A DNA stretch of 64,000 bases, from NCBI GenBank assembly GCA_963931255.1, contig OZ006972.1, forward strand, positions 1,204,421-1,268,420. The letters run 5' to 3'. The position numbers and the translations under genes were made by a program. Every line of letters begins with the position of its first letter. The first letter of the stretch is position 1. The DNA comes from Candidatus Gastranaerophilales bacterium. Lineage in GTDB: Bacteria; Cyanobacteriota; Vampirovibrionia; Gastranaerophilales; Gastranaerophilaceae. Below are positions 17,109-25,915 of the stretch, piece after piece. Under the pieces are notes generated by a model, which was not told the origin of the DNA, ran no database searches, and saw nothing but the letters and a program-made list of their open reading frames with translations.

Positions 17109-17744
17109 ATGAGTACAAATCCTATTATACCTTATACGTTTGTCCCCGGTACAAAGGCAAAGGCACAGGAAATTAACGCAAATTTTATCTCTGTTGCTGA
17201 CCAGATTCAGACTAATAGCGATTATGTGAACCAAAAGGTGAGCGAACTGGATGATGCAATTACGCTTGCTGTTACAAATTCAGATAATCATTTTGACGAT
17301 GTGGAAGAAACACTTGAGACAAAAGCCAATAAAGATTTGTCAAATATTACGAAACTTGCATCAACTTCTGCAAAAGGGCTTACGTGGTTTGGAACGGCTA
17401 CAGGTAACGTTGCCGCCACAAGACCTGCAGTTATTGTGACTGCATACAGTTCCGGTTCTACATGGTACAGGCTATATTCTGACAAATGGATTGAACAGGG
17501 CGGCATTACTGCAACAAGTAACAGTGCAGATTCCACTGTAACCATTACATTCCCGAAAGCTTTTAAAGATACAAATTATTCATTCCGTTACTCGGCACTG
17601 TGTAGTGATCTTGTGTATAACACATATTATTTCCCGAAACTTGATGTAGGCAGTTATACGTCAGCTAAAAATGCAAATCTGCAGTTAATGCTTGCTGCCA
17701 AGTTTAAACGTGTTGTCTGGTCTGCAGCGGGTTATATAAATTAA
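17109..17744 (+). CDS. phage tail-fibre-like protein
   Basis: The N-terminus PYTFVPGTKAKAQEINANF resembles the start of many prophage tail-fibre proteins. The C-terminal STWYRLYSDKWIEQGG...VTITFPKAFKDTNYSF resembles the short-tail-fibre C-terminal knob pattern (W-Y-R-x-Y-S-D-G-W-x-E-Q-G-G). Both matches are from memory and need an HMM check. Confidence 0.5.
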   Translation: MSTNPIIPYTFVPGTKAKAQEINANFISVADQIQTNSDYVNQKVSELDDAITLAVTNSDNHFDDVEETLETKANKDLSNITKLASTSAKGLTWFGTATGNVAATRPAVIVTAYSSGSTWYRLYSDKWIEQGGITATSNSADSTVTITFPKAFKDTNYSFRYSALCSDLVYNTYYFPKLDVGSYTSAKNANLQLMLAAKFKRVVWSAAGYIN

Positions 17745-17765
17745 AGTGAAAGGAGAAATAAATTT

Positions 17766-18110
17766 ATGTCATATACTGATGAAGCTTATACACAGATGGC
17801 AATTCAAGCCAATGAAACAGGTAAAATGCTCTATATTGTGAACGGAGAATTAGAGATTAATGAACCGGATTACTACATCTGTATCGGGAATACTAACGAA
17901 ACTGACGGAACATTAAATCCTGATTTCGGTAAAGTTAATAAAGATTTGCAAATTGCACAAATTCAGGAGCAGTTGTTTATGCTGGATCAGAAACGCATCA
18001 GGGCTGTTTGTGAGCCTGAATTGAAAGATACGGAATCCGGTGAAACATGGCTTGAATATTATAATGCTCAAATAGTTGAACTCCGTAATCAGCTTGCGGA
18101 ACTTCAATAA
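17766..18110 (+). CDS. hypothetical protein; by position and size possibly a tail-fibre assembly/chaperone-like protein
   Basis: AAGGAG 8 nt upstream. 114 aa with a helical C-terminus (LDQKRIRAVCEPELKD...YYNAQIVELRNQLAELQ). Followed by a terminator. The function call rests on context only. Confidence 0.35.
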   Translation: MSYTDEAYTQMAIQANETGKMLYIVNGELEINEPDYYICIGNTNETDGTLNPDFGKVNKDLQIAQIQEQLFMLDQKRIRAVCEPELKDTESGETWLEYYNAQIVELRNQLAELQ

Positions 18111-18117
18111 TTTTTCT

Positions 18118-18147
18118 AAAGACCGGTAAAACTGCCGGTCTTTTTTT
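18118..18147 (+). terminator. intrinsic terminator
   Basis: AAAGACCGG / CCGGTCTTT stem with an 8-nt loop, then a T7 run. Confidence 0.8.
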
Positions 18148-18190
18148 CTGTTTTTATTATATAATTAAACTCAGACAGGAGAGAATAGAA

Positions 18191-19414
18191 ATGGTAGATA
18201 TAAGACAAGAATTTATAGATCAGGCAGTAAAATTATCACGAGGCGCAGAAGTTTTGCCGGGCGGAATTGAAGAGTTAGCCGTAAAATTGCAGCACGCTCA
18301 TGATACAAACACTCCGCTAAGGGTTAAATTAGGGATGGATCCGACAAGACCTGATTTGCACCTCGGGCATACTGTTGTTATGAGAAAACTCCGAGAGTTT
18401 CAAAAACTCGGACATAAAATCGTCTTAATAGTCGGCGGTGCGACTGCAATGATTGGCGACCCGTCAGGTAAATCTGAAACAAGACCGTCTTTAACAAAAG
18501 AACAGGTTGAAGAAAACGCAAAATCCTATTTTGAACAGATGTCAAAAGTTGTGGATGTTGATAATGCTGAGGTTGTGAATAATGCGGACTGGCTCCATAA
18601 AATGGGATTTACCGAACTTTTAAAACTCGCTGCACAAATTACTGTTGCACAGATGATGACCCGCGATGATTTTGCAAAACGTTATGCAGAGGGACGTCCG
18701 ATTTCTATTCACGAATTTTTCTATCCGCTTATGCAGGCTTACGATTCCCACATAATTGATGCTGATATAGAACTCGGAGGAACTGACCAGAGATTTAACA
18801 CACTTTTGGGACGTGATATTCAAGCCGCTTACGGCAAAAAATACCCGCAGATGGTTATGCTTTTGCCGCTTATTGAGGGGACTGACGGTCTTGTTAAAAT
18901 GTCAAAAACATATCCTGAACATTGTATATCTCTCACTGACAGTGCAAAAGATATGTTCGGCAAATTAATGAGTATTCCTGATACATTGATTGTTAAATAT
19001 TTTACGCTTCTGACTGATGTTTCTGATTCAGAACTCAAAGACATTGAAGAAAAATTGAAAGATTCCTCAGTCAATCCGCGTGATATCAAACTTAAACTGG
19101 CATACACTATTACTGAAGAATATCACGGCAAAGACGGCGCAGACAAAGCACAGGCTGATTTCATCAATGTTGTATCTAATAAAGGTATACCGGATGATAT
19201 TCCTGAAGTTAAGGTAGAACAGGGCAAAGGTATTCTTGATTTACTTGTGGAATTAGGTTTTGTAGCAAGCAAGGGCGAGGCAAAACGCTTAATTCAAGGC
19301 GGCGGAGTAAAAATTGACGGTGAAAAAATTACCGATATGGCTTATTCCGTTAACTTTGATGACAGTGTAGTATTGCAGGCAGGTAAACGTAAATTTGCTA
19401 AACTCATAAAATAA
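18191..19414 (+). CDS. tyrS: tyrosine--tRNA ligase
   Basis: HIGH-type DLHLGHTV, KMSKS-type loop KMSKT, C-terminal S4-like SKGEAKRLIQGGGVKIDGEKI. Confidence 0.9.
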   Translation: MVDIRQEFIDQAVKLSRGAEVLPGGIEELAVKLQHAHDTNTPLRVKLGMDPTRPDLHLGHTVVMRKLREFQKLGHKIVLIVGGATAMIGDPSGKSETRPSLTKEQVEENAKSYFEQMSKVVDVDNAEVVNNADWLHKMGFTELLKLAAQITVAQMMTRDDFAKRYAEGRPISIHEFFYPLMQAYDSHIIDADIELGGTDQRFNTLLGRDIQAAYGKKYPQMVMLLPLIEGTDGLVKMSKTYPEHCISLTDSAKDMFGKLMSIPDTLIVKYFTLLTDVSDSELKDIEEKLKDSSVNPRDIKLKLAYTITEEYHGKDGADKAQADFINVVSNKGIPDDIPEVKVEQGKGILDLLVELGFVASKGEAKRLIQGGGVKIDGEKITDMAYSVNFDDSVVLQAGKRKFAKLIK

Positions 19415-19424
19415 GGCATGATAA

Positions 19425-20078
19425 ATGTTTAAACTTTTAAAACGCGGAATTACAAAGGTAAAAGAGGATATCAAAGTTATCTATGACAAGGATCCTGCTG
19501 CCGGCAATATTCTGGAGGTAATTCTTTGTTATCCGGGGCTGCATGCTTTGATAGCGTACAGGTTTGCGCATAGGCTTTACAAATGGCATATCCCGCTTAT
19601 TCCGCGTGTAATTTCTTATATTACAAGGATTATAACAGGGATAGAAATTCACCCTGCTGCGCGTATAGGCAGACGATTTTTTATTGACCACGGCGAGGGC
19701 GTTGTAATCGGTGCAACTACAATAATCGGAGATGATGTATTGATTTACCAGCAGGTAACCCTCGGCGGTACGGGAAAAGAACAGGGAAAACGCCATCCTA
19801 CTCTCGGTAATAATGTAATTGTCGGAGCCGGTGCAAAAGTTTTAGGGAATATTAATATTGGCGATTTTGTACGTATAGGTGCAGGGTCGGTCGTGGTTGA
19901 TAATGTTCCTGACCATTCAACAGTTGTAGGTGTACCGGGACGTGTTGTCCATCGCAAAATTGTTGATGAGAACGGTGTTTTAATGCATAACAGAATACCT
20001 GATCCTGTCAAATGTGAGCTTAACCGTCTGAAGTATGAAGTTCAGGAACTTAAAGAAAAAATAAACAGCAAAACATAG
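19425..20078 (+). CDS. cysE: serine O-acetyltransferase
   Basis: DPAAGNILEVILCYPGLHALIAYRFAHRL, IHPAARIG, FIDHGEGVVIG. Hexapeptide repeats. Confidence 0.9.
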   Translation: MFKLLKRGITKVKEDIKVIYDKDPAAGNILEVILCYPGLHALIAYRFAHRLYKWHIPLIPRVISYITRIITGIEIHPAARIGRRFFIDHGEGVVIGATTIIGDDVLIYQQVTLGGTGKEQGKRHPTLGNNVIVGAGAKVLGNINIGDFVRIGAGSVVVDNVPDHSTVVGVPGRVVHRKIVDENGVLMHNRIPDPVKCELNRLKYEVQELKEKINSKT

Positions 20079-20092
20079 CGTTTATATTAGTA

Positions 20093-21430
20093 CTATTTTT
20101 CTGCAGCAAGTTCTCCCTTTAGATACCATGTTTTAGCACCGGTTATTTTTGCGTTCACAAACTGGCCGGTCAGGTCTTTGTCATAAGGTATATGGACGGT
20201 TTTGTTGTTTCTGGTCTTGCCGGTATTGATAAACATTCCTTTTCTTTCGTAAAAACTTTCAACAAGGATTTCCATTTCGCGCCCGACAAATTTCTGGTTT
20301 GATTTAAGACAGTTTTCCTGAATTTTTTTGTTGAGCCGCTGGAACCTTTCATCTTTAACATCTTCGGGGATATATTTGTCAACCCATTTTGCCGCAACGG
20401 TTTTTTCTCTCGGGGAGTATGCCGCAACATTGGAATAATCCAGTTCAAATTCATCAATGGCAGTGAGTGTTTCCTGAAATTGTTCTTCTGTTTCTCCGGG
20501 GAAACCTGCGATAAAGTCGCTCGTTATCGTTACATCGGGAACCATTCTGCGAATTTTTTCAACGATTTTTGCATAAGTTTCTCTGTCATAGCGGCGGTTC
20601 ATTTTCTTTAGCACTTCTGATGAACCTGATTGCATAGGAATATGAAAATATTCGCAAACCTTATCAAGTTTAACAACAGTTTCAATGAGTTCATCGGTAA
20701 TATCCGTCGGGTATGAAGTTACAAAGCGGATTCTGAATTTGCCGTCAAGTGCGTTCAAATCTTTTAGCAAATCTGCCAGACGGTAATTTTTGTCTTTAAA
20801 ATCTTTCCCGTAACTGTCCACATTTTGCCCGAGCAGTGTAATTTCTTTAAATCCGTCATTCAGGGCATCCTGCGCTTCTTTAATAATAGTTTCCGGAAGT
20901 CGTGAACGCTCTCTCCCTCTTGTATACGGAACAATACAGTAAGTGCAGAAATTATTGCAGCCCTCGGTTATCGGAATCCAGGCATTTGTTGATTTTACAC
21001 GTTTTATTTCGTAGTCTTTTTCCCTGTCGGCTTCTGTTTGGTGGGTTTCCGTGCATTCACAGACTTTTTCTCCGCGGTTAACTTTTTCTAAAATATCAGG
21101 CAGAGAATATATTTTGTGTGTTCCGAGTACAAAATCTACGTATGGTGCGCGTTTGAAAATTTCTTCGGCTTTTTGTTGTGCAACGCAGCCGCAAAATCCT
21201 ATTTTTAACTTTGGATTATTTCTTTTTTTCCACATCCCCCATGTCCCGATAAGGCTGAACGCTTTATCTTCGCTTAACTGGCGGATTGAACAGGTGTTCA
21301 CCATCAATAAATCCGCGTCTTCAGGGGTTTTTGTTTCTGTATAATCAAAATGTGAGAGCATACCGAGCATTCTTTCAGTATCTGATTTATTCATCTGGCA
21401 GCCCATTGTTTCTATATAAACTTTTTTCAT
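20093..21430 (-). CDS. miaB: tRNA-2-methylthio-N6-dimethylallyladenosine synthase (radical-SAM methylthiotransferase)
   Basis: KVYIETMGCQMNKSD, radical-SAM CNNFCTYCIVP, C-terminal TRAM-like segment. Confidence 0.9.
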   Translation of the reverse strand: MKKVYIETMGCQMNKSDTERMLGMLSHFDYTETKTPEDADLLMVNTCSIRQLSEDKAFSLIGTWGMWKKRNNPKLKIGFCGCVAQQKAEEIFKRAPYVDFVLGTHKIYSLPDILEKVNRGEKVCECTETHQTEADREKDYEIKRVKSTNAWIPITEGCNNFCTYCIVPYTRGRERSRLPETIIKEAQDALNDGFKEITLLGQNVDSYGKDFKDKNYRLADLLKDLNALDGKFRIRFVTSYPTDITDELIETVVKLDKVCEYFHIPMQSGSSEVLKKMNRRYDRETYAKIVEKIRRMVPDVTITSDFIAGFPGETEEQFQETLTAIDEFELDYSNVAAYSPREKTVAAKWVDKYIPEDVKDERFQRLNKKIQENCLKSNQKFVGREMEILVESFYERKGMFINTGKTRNNKTVHIPYDKDLTGQFVNAKITGAKTWYLKGELAAEK

Positions 21431-21553
21431 ATTTCCTCTTGTGTGTAAATTTTGCCGTTAATTTAATTGTATAACAAACAAGCGTAACTTGACTTTTTCC
21501 GGTAAAAATAATATTCTTTTAAAGTACGGTGTTTATTTTTTAGGATTAAAGAA

Positions 21554-23227
21554 ATGGGATTAAAGAAAAAGAATATTCTTACTCTTTTACAGGAGAAAAC
21601 AGAAATTTACGGAGACAGAATAGCGCTTGGAATGAGGAGTTCTTTTGGTTGGAAAGAGTTTTCTTACAAAGGGATTGGCTTAATGTCCAGAAAAATTGCG
21701 AGTTATTTAATAAATGATTTGCAGGTGCATAAAGGTGAAAGACTTGCTATTCTTTCGGAGTCAAAACCGGAATTCGGTGCATGTGTTTTTGCATCTATTC
21801 TTGCCGGAATGACTACTGTGCCGCTTGATATAAAACTTACAAAATACGAATTATGCGCGATACTTTCAGATTGTGAACCTACTGTTATGCTTGTTTCACA
21901 ATTATATGCGGAAACTGCATTGCAGCTGCAAAAAGAAATTCCGTCTATCAAACATATTATTGTTATGGATGAGCCGTCTTATAATCAGGAATTGCCGAGC
22001 ATATATTCATTGCCGAATTGTTATGAGGCAAAATGGCGTCCGAGAAGTTCAAAATCAACAGCGCTTATTATTTATACATCAGGTACAACAGGGGCGCCCA
22101 AGGGGGTTGAAATTACTTTTAACAATATGTTTACGCAGCTTGATGATTTGGAAGATGCTCTCAATGCTATTTTGCCGGATCGTCATATTACGGTACTTTC
22201 AATTTTGCCTATGAATCATTTGTTTGAATTAACGGTGGGTTTTGCAACATTTTTGAACTTCGGGTTTTCAGTTTATTATACGCAGAGTCTTAAGCCTAAA
22301 GATATTCTCGGGATTATGCGAGATAAAAAAGTTGATTTTATGATAGTAGTGCCGGCTTTTTTAAAACTTTTAAAAACTTCTATTGAAAATGAATTGAAGT
22401 TACTCCCAAAGAGTAAACGCAGAGCATTTGACTTTATGTATAAAATTGCAAAATATATTCCGTCGTATAAGATTAAAAAAATTATGTTCAAGCCTATTCA
22501 TGATAAATTCGGCGGACATTTTATAGGCTGTATATCGGGCGGGGCACCGCTGGATGTTGCAGTGGGTGCTTTTTTTGAGCGTATAGGGCTGCAGGTATAT
22601 CAGGGATACGGTTTGTCTGAAACAAGTCCTGTTGTATCTGTTAATACGGATAAACGAAATAATCTTGCGTCTGTCGGCAGACCGTTGAAAACTTTTGAGG
22701 CAAAAATTGATGTGGAAACCGGTGAATTGCTATTGCGCGGACCGTCCGTTATGAAAGGGTATCATAACCAGCCTGAAATTACATCTCAAGTTATTGATAA
22801 AGACGGCTGGCTTCATACCGGTGATATTGCAAATATTGATAAAGACGGGCATATTTTTATTACGGGACGAATAAAAAATATGATAGTTCTATCCGGCGGA
22901 AAGAAAGTTTTTCCGGAAGAAGTCGAGTCTGTTCTGGAAAAAAGTCCTTATATAAACGAGGTTTGTGTATTGGGAACGTCAAGGACTTTCGGTGCGAAAG
23001 ACGGCACAGAAGAAGTCACTGCAGTTATTTATCCGGAAGCAAGTTTGTTTGAACGCTTTAATAGTGAAGAGTTGAACAATTTTATCAGGCTTGAGGTAAA
23101 AAATCTCTCACTAAAACTGACCGGCTACAAGCGTCCGAATAATATTATTGTAGTAAACGAACCTTTACCAAAAACAACCACACGAAAAGTTAAACGGAAA
23201 GACGTTAAAGCGCTTATTTCTGTATAA
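21554..23227 (+). CDS. AMP-dependent synthetase/ligase (long-chain acyl-CoA synthetase-like)
   Basis: YTSGTTGAPKGV, GYGLSETSP, HTGDIA, GRIKNM. Confidence 0.9.
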   Translation: MGLKKKNILTLLQEKTEIYGDRIALGMRSSFGWKEFSYKGIGLMSRKIASYLINDLQVHKGERLAILSESKPEFGACVFASILAGMTTVPLDIKLTKYELCAILSDCEPTVMLVSQLYAETALQLQKEIPSIKHIIVMDEPSYNQELPSIYSLPNCYEAKWRPRSSKSTALIIYTSGTTGAPKGVEITFNNMFTQLDDLEDALNAILPDRHITVLSILPMNHLFELTVGFATFLNFGFSVYYTQSLKPKDILGIMRDKKVDFMIVVPAFLKLLKTSIENELKLLPKSKRRAFDFMYKIAKYIPSYKIKKIMFKPIHDKFGGHFIGCISGGAPLDVAVGAFFERIGLQVYQGYGLSETSPVVSVNTDKRNNLASVGRPLKTFEAKIDVETGELLLRGPSVMKGYHNQPEITSQVIDKDGWLHTGDIANIDKDGHIFITGRIKNMIVLSGGKKVFPEEVESVLEKSPYINEVCVLGTSRTFGAKDGTEEVTAVIYPEASLFERFNSEELNNFIRLEVKNLSLKLTGYKRPNNIIVVNEPLPKTTTRKVKRKDVKALISV

Positions 23228-23260
23228 TAGCATGTTAGAATAATTGTTTGTATAAAATGG

Positions 23261-23295
23261 CGCCGGCGAGCGGATCGGACTCACCGGCGTTTACA
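23261..23295 (+). terminator. GC-rich hairpin, probable terminator of the acyl-CoA synthetase gene
   Basis: CGCCGGCGAG (23261-23270) pairs with CTCACCGGCG (23280-23289) with one mismatch, then TTTACAC. The U-tract is weak. Confidence 0.4.
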
Positions 23296-23417
23296 CATTC
23301 ACCTACCTACATTGCTCTACTGCTTTACACGTTGAGGAATTATAAAAAAGAAATCGAAATCGTTTTATGCCATGGCTTTACATGATTATTCTCCTTTTAT
23401 TTGTGTGTATAGATTTA

Positions 23418-25184
23418 TTATTGAGCAGCACGTTGTGCTTCTACAGCTTTAATAATGTTTACGATATTTCTAACAGATTCGTTAACTGTGCTGCTATTTG
23501 TCATCCATTTTGCGTTAAATTCGGCAAGCAGTTTATTGAATTGTTCAGCCAGGTTAATTTTACTACCGCTTTCGTCTTCAATTTCAATGTTAGATGTTAC
23601 TGCATATTTGCCCAAATCATCACCGTTGATTCTGTCAAATTCATCTTCATAAGTGCCGTCATCTTTTTGAGGCAGCTGCGGTATTGCTTTGGCACTTGCA
23701 ATGCCGAGTTGTATTGCGCGTTGAAGTAATGCGTTATAAATATAGTTCCCTAATTCATATTGTTGACTTGAATCGGCATCGTCTTCAAATGCTTCTATAA
23801 AGTCTTCGGCATTGTCTGAATTATCTTCAACAGGATTATATTTGTATTTATTCTTTTCACTTGTATAATAGTGGTCCATAACTTCTATAATATTATCGGC
23901 ATTTAAACTTTTTATTGCAGCTTTTAATTTGCCATCATTTGTGCCGCCGAAAAATGTATCTTCACCGTTAACTGCATCAGCAAATGTATTGCTGATATTT
24001 TCTACGTTTTTGTTGAAAGCTAATCTTGCTTGCGTTACGGCATCAACATCTGCCGTAAATTGTGTTCGTGCTTGAGCATCTGCTTGAGCTTTGTTGTGAG
24101 CCTCAATTCTTTCTTTTGCAGATTTCATTGCATTTTCTGCGGCTTCAATAGAATCGGCGGTACCGGTTCTGTCTGTAATTTCTCCGTTTACAACGTCTTT
24201 GAATGCAACTTTTATTTTACCATCATCTCCTGCGGACATACCTTCAGGAATATTTTCACCGTAGACAATTTTGAGGTTTTCTTCTGCGTCAGCTTTAGTT
24301 GTTGCTGTTAATTTTTTAGTCTCAGCTTGTAATGTTTCAATATTATCGTATGTTTTTGTTTCTTTTACTGATTTACCGTCTTTAATAACTGTAACTTCGC
24401 GGGTTAATTTGCCGTCATCTCCTGCGGTTACTGATGCCGGAACATTTTCACCGTATACTGTTGACAGGTTCGCTGTTGCTTCTTCTTTTGTTGTTGCTTT
24501 AGTTGATAATGCTGCTGTAACATCAGGATCACTGTCTCCATCTACATCGGTATCAGAATCACTGTCGCTGTCACCGTCCACTCTGCCATCATCTCCGCCG
24601 TCGTCTGCGCCGTCAACTGCGTCGTCATCATCGGCTTTGTTTTGTTCGGCAACTTCTTCAATCAGTTCTTTGATTTTTGTATCAATTTCTGTCTTTTCAC
24701 CCATGAGAACTTCAAATGCATCATAATTTTTAAGCCAATCTTTATCAGTTTTCATTTCAGGTTTCATTTTTTCAATTTTTGCTTGAAGTTCATGTATCTT
24801 TCTGATTTGTTCTTGGATAGTTGCTTTTTGAGCTTCGGTTACACCTTCCTGTGTTAACATTTTTTCAAGGTTTTCTACGGTTGAATCGAGTGTTTTCAAA
24901 GCAGTTTCCGCTTTTCCTAATACACGTTGATTCATTGACAGATTTACCTGTGCGTCTATAGCGTTGAAATTCATACTAGGCGCAGCCATTGGAATACCAA
25001 AGTTAATCATTCCGTTTATTGCTTGAAAATTATATGCCTGCCATGGAGCCATTGTCATTATCGAGTTCATATTGAATTGAACACCATTCCCCCATGTCGA
25101 TGTCCAGGCATAAGGCATGCCTGCTTGGTTGAGTGCTAAATTCATCAACAGATTGTTCATATCATTGTTGTATTGCCATCCCAT
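23418..25184 (-). CDS. hypothetical 588-aa protein: M/N/aromatic-rich N-terminus, coiled coil, poly-Asp/Ser spacer, tandem ~60-aa repeat
   Basis: AAGGAG 8 nt upstream and a TATAAT-like box further up. No signal peptide (MGWQYNNDMNNLLMNLALNQ). No family recognised. Confidence 0.8.
   Translation of the reverse strand: MGWQYNNDMNNLLMNLALNQAGMPYAWTSTWGNGVQFNMNSIMTMAPWQAYNFQAINGMINFGIPMAAPSMNFNAIDAQVNLSMNQRVLGKAETALKTLDSTVENLEKMLTQEGVTEAQKATIQEQIRKIHELQAKIEKMKPEMKTDKDWLKNYDAFEVLMGEKTEIDTKIKELIEEVAEQNKADDDDAVDGADDGGDDGRVDGDSDSDSDTDVDGDSDPDVTAALSTKATTKEEATANLSTVYGENVPASVTAGDDGKLTREVTVIKDGKSVKETKTYDNIETLQAETKKLTATTKADAEENLKIVYGENIPEGMSAGDDGKIKVAFKDVVNGEITDRTGTADSIEAAENAMKSAKERIEAHNKAQADAQARTQFTADVDAVTQARLAFNKNVENISNTFADAVNGEDTFFGGTNDGKLKAAIKSLNADNIIEVMDHYYTSEKNKYKYNPVEDNSDNAEDFIEAFEDDADSSQQYELGNYIYNALLQRAIQLGIASAKAIPQLPQKDDGTYEDEFDRINGDDLGKYAVTSNIEIEDESGSKINLAEQFNKLLAEFNAKWMTNSSTVNESVRNIVNIIKAVEAQRAAQ
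24117..24491 (-). repeat. tandem ~60-aa intragenic repeat
   Basis: TKEEATANLSTVYGENVPASVTAGDDGKLTREVTVIKDGKSVKETKTYDNIETLQAE versus TKADAEENLKIVYGENIPEGMSAGDDGKIKVAFKDVVNGEITDRTGTADSIEAAENA. Confidence 0.75.
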
Positions 25185-25254
25185 GACAAATTCTCCTTGA
25201 TTTTATCCTCGTTAATTATATAAAGATTTTTTCTCATGGGAAATTGCGTCACTG

Positions 25255-25914
25255 TTAAGAAATGTTAAGAGGAGTTAGAAGATTAATAATATCTTCTCTG
25301 CTAATTTCGGGGTTAATTTCTTTTATTGTTGTTATAGCATCTGTGTTGATATCTTCTTTAAAGATTTCTTTGAGCAGTTCTTTATTGTAATCATACAGGA
25401 TAGAACCGTGTTGGAGAATGTATCCGTTTTTTCTGAACTGGGCGGAGCCGATAAGTTTTTTCCCTTTGTAACAAAGATCTGCGCCTGTTGCAACCAGCAT
25501 ACAGTAGTCTATATTGTGAGAAGATTTTTTTATGCCGCCGAATTCGAGTTCAATTCCGAGCTTTGCAAATCTGTCAATAAGAATTTGGGAGATATCTTTG
25601 TATGAGCCGTCAACATTATCTCCGTGAGGCAGAAGACTCGTCGGAGTTATGTAGCTGTATGTAATTTCATCATCGTGTAACAGTGCTCGTCCGCCGGTCA
25701 GGCGTCTTATGGCATCTATATTTTTTTTATGTAAAAGTGCATAGTCTATAAAATCATCTTTTTGGTTTCGTCCGAGAGATACGCACGCAGGTGACCAGCC
25801 ATAAAGACGCAGGATAGGTTCTTTAAGCTCTTTTTCTATTGCAAAGTCAAGCAATTTGTTATCAATTTGCATGTTTTTGCTGCCAGTGTTTACTTCGTAG
25901 GGTATAAATTTCAT
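25255..25914 (-). CDS. lipoate-protein ligase / octanoyltransferase family protein (BPL/LPL catalytic domain)
   Basis: Trimmed to MKFIPYEV (ATG 25914). RLYGWSPACVSLGRNQ, RRLTGGRALLHDDEITYS, GKKLIGSAQFR. Confidence 0.8.
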   Translation of the reverse strand: MKFIPYEVNTGSKNMQIDNKLLDFAIEKELKEPILRLYGWSPACVSLGRNQKDDFIDYALLHKKNIDAIRRLTGGRALLHDDEITYSYITPTSLLPHGDNVDGSYKDISQILIDRFAKLGIELEFGGIKKSSHNIDYCMLVATGADLCYKGKKLIGSAQFRKNGYILQHGSILYDYNKELLKEIFKEDINTDAITTIKEINPEISREDIINLLTPLNIS

Positions 25915-25915
25915 A

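Noticed and set aside
17109-17744. Diversity-generating retroelement targeting the tail-fibre-like C-terminus.
   Set aside because: There is no reverse transcriptase ORF, and I could not see a template-repeat copy of the 3' end of the gene anywhere in the window.
16035-18147. Intact prophage or tailocin at the tail-fibre-like locus.
   Set aside because: No integrase, terminase, portal, capsid, sheath, tube or baseplate genes, and no flanking direct repeats are visible. The neighbours are pheA and tyrS.
18148-18190. T-box or other leader riboswitch upstream of tyrS, and likewise upstream of cysS at 34938-35111.
   Set aside because: The tyrS leader is only about 40 nt after the preceding terminator. 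The cysS upstream region is AT-rich and has no T-box-like GGUGGUACCGCG sequence or specifier-loop architecture that I can see.
23261-23289. GC-rich hairpin as a small-RNA gene or mobile-element end.
   Set aside because: It is a single 10-bp stem lying between two convergent genes. The simplest reading is a transcription terminator or mRNA-stabilising hairpin, and no second copy is seen in the window.
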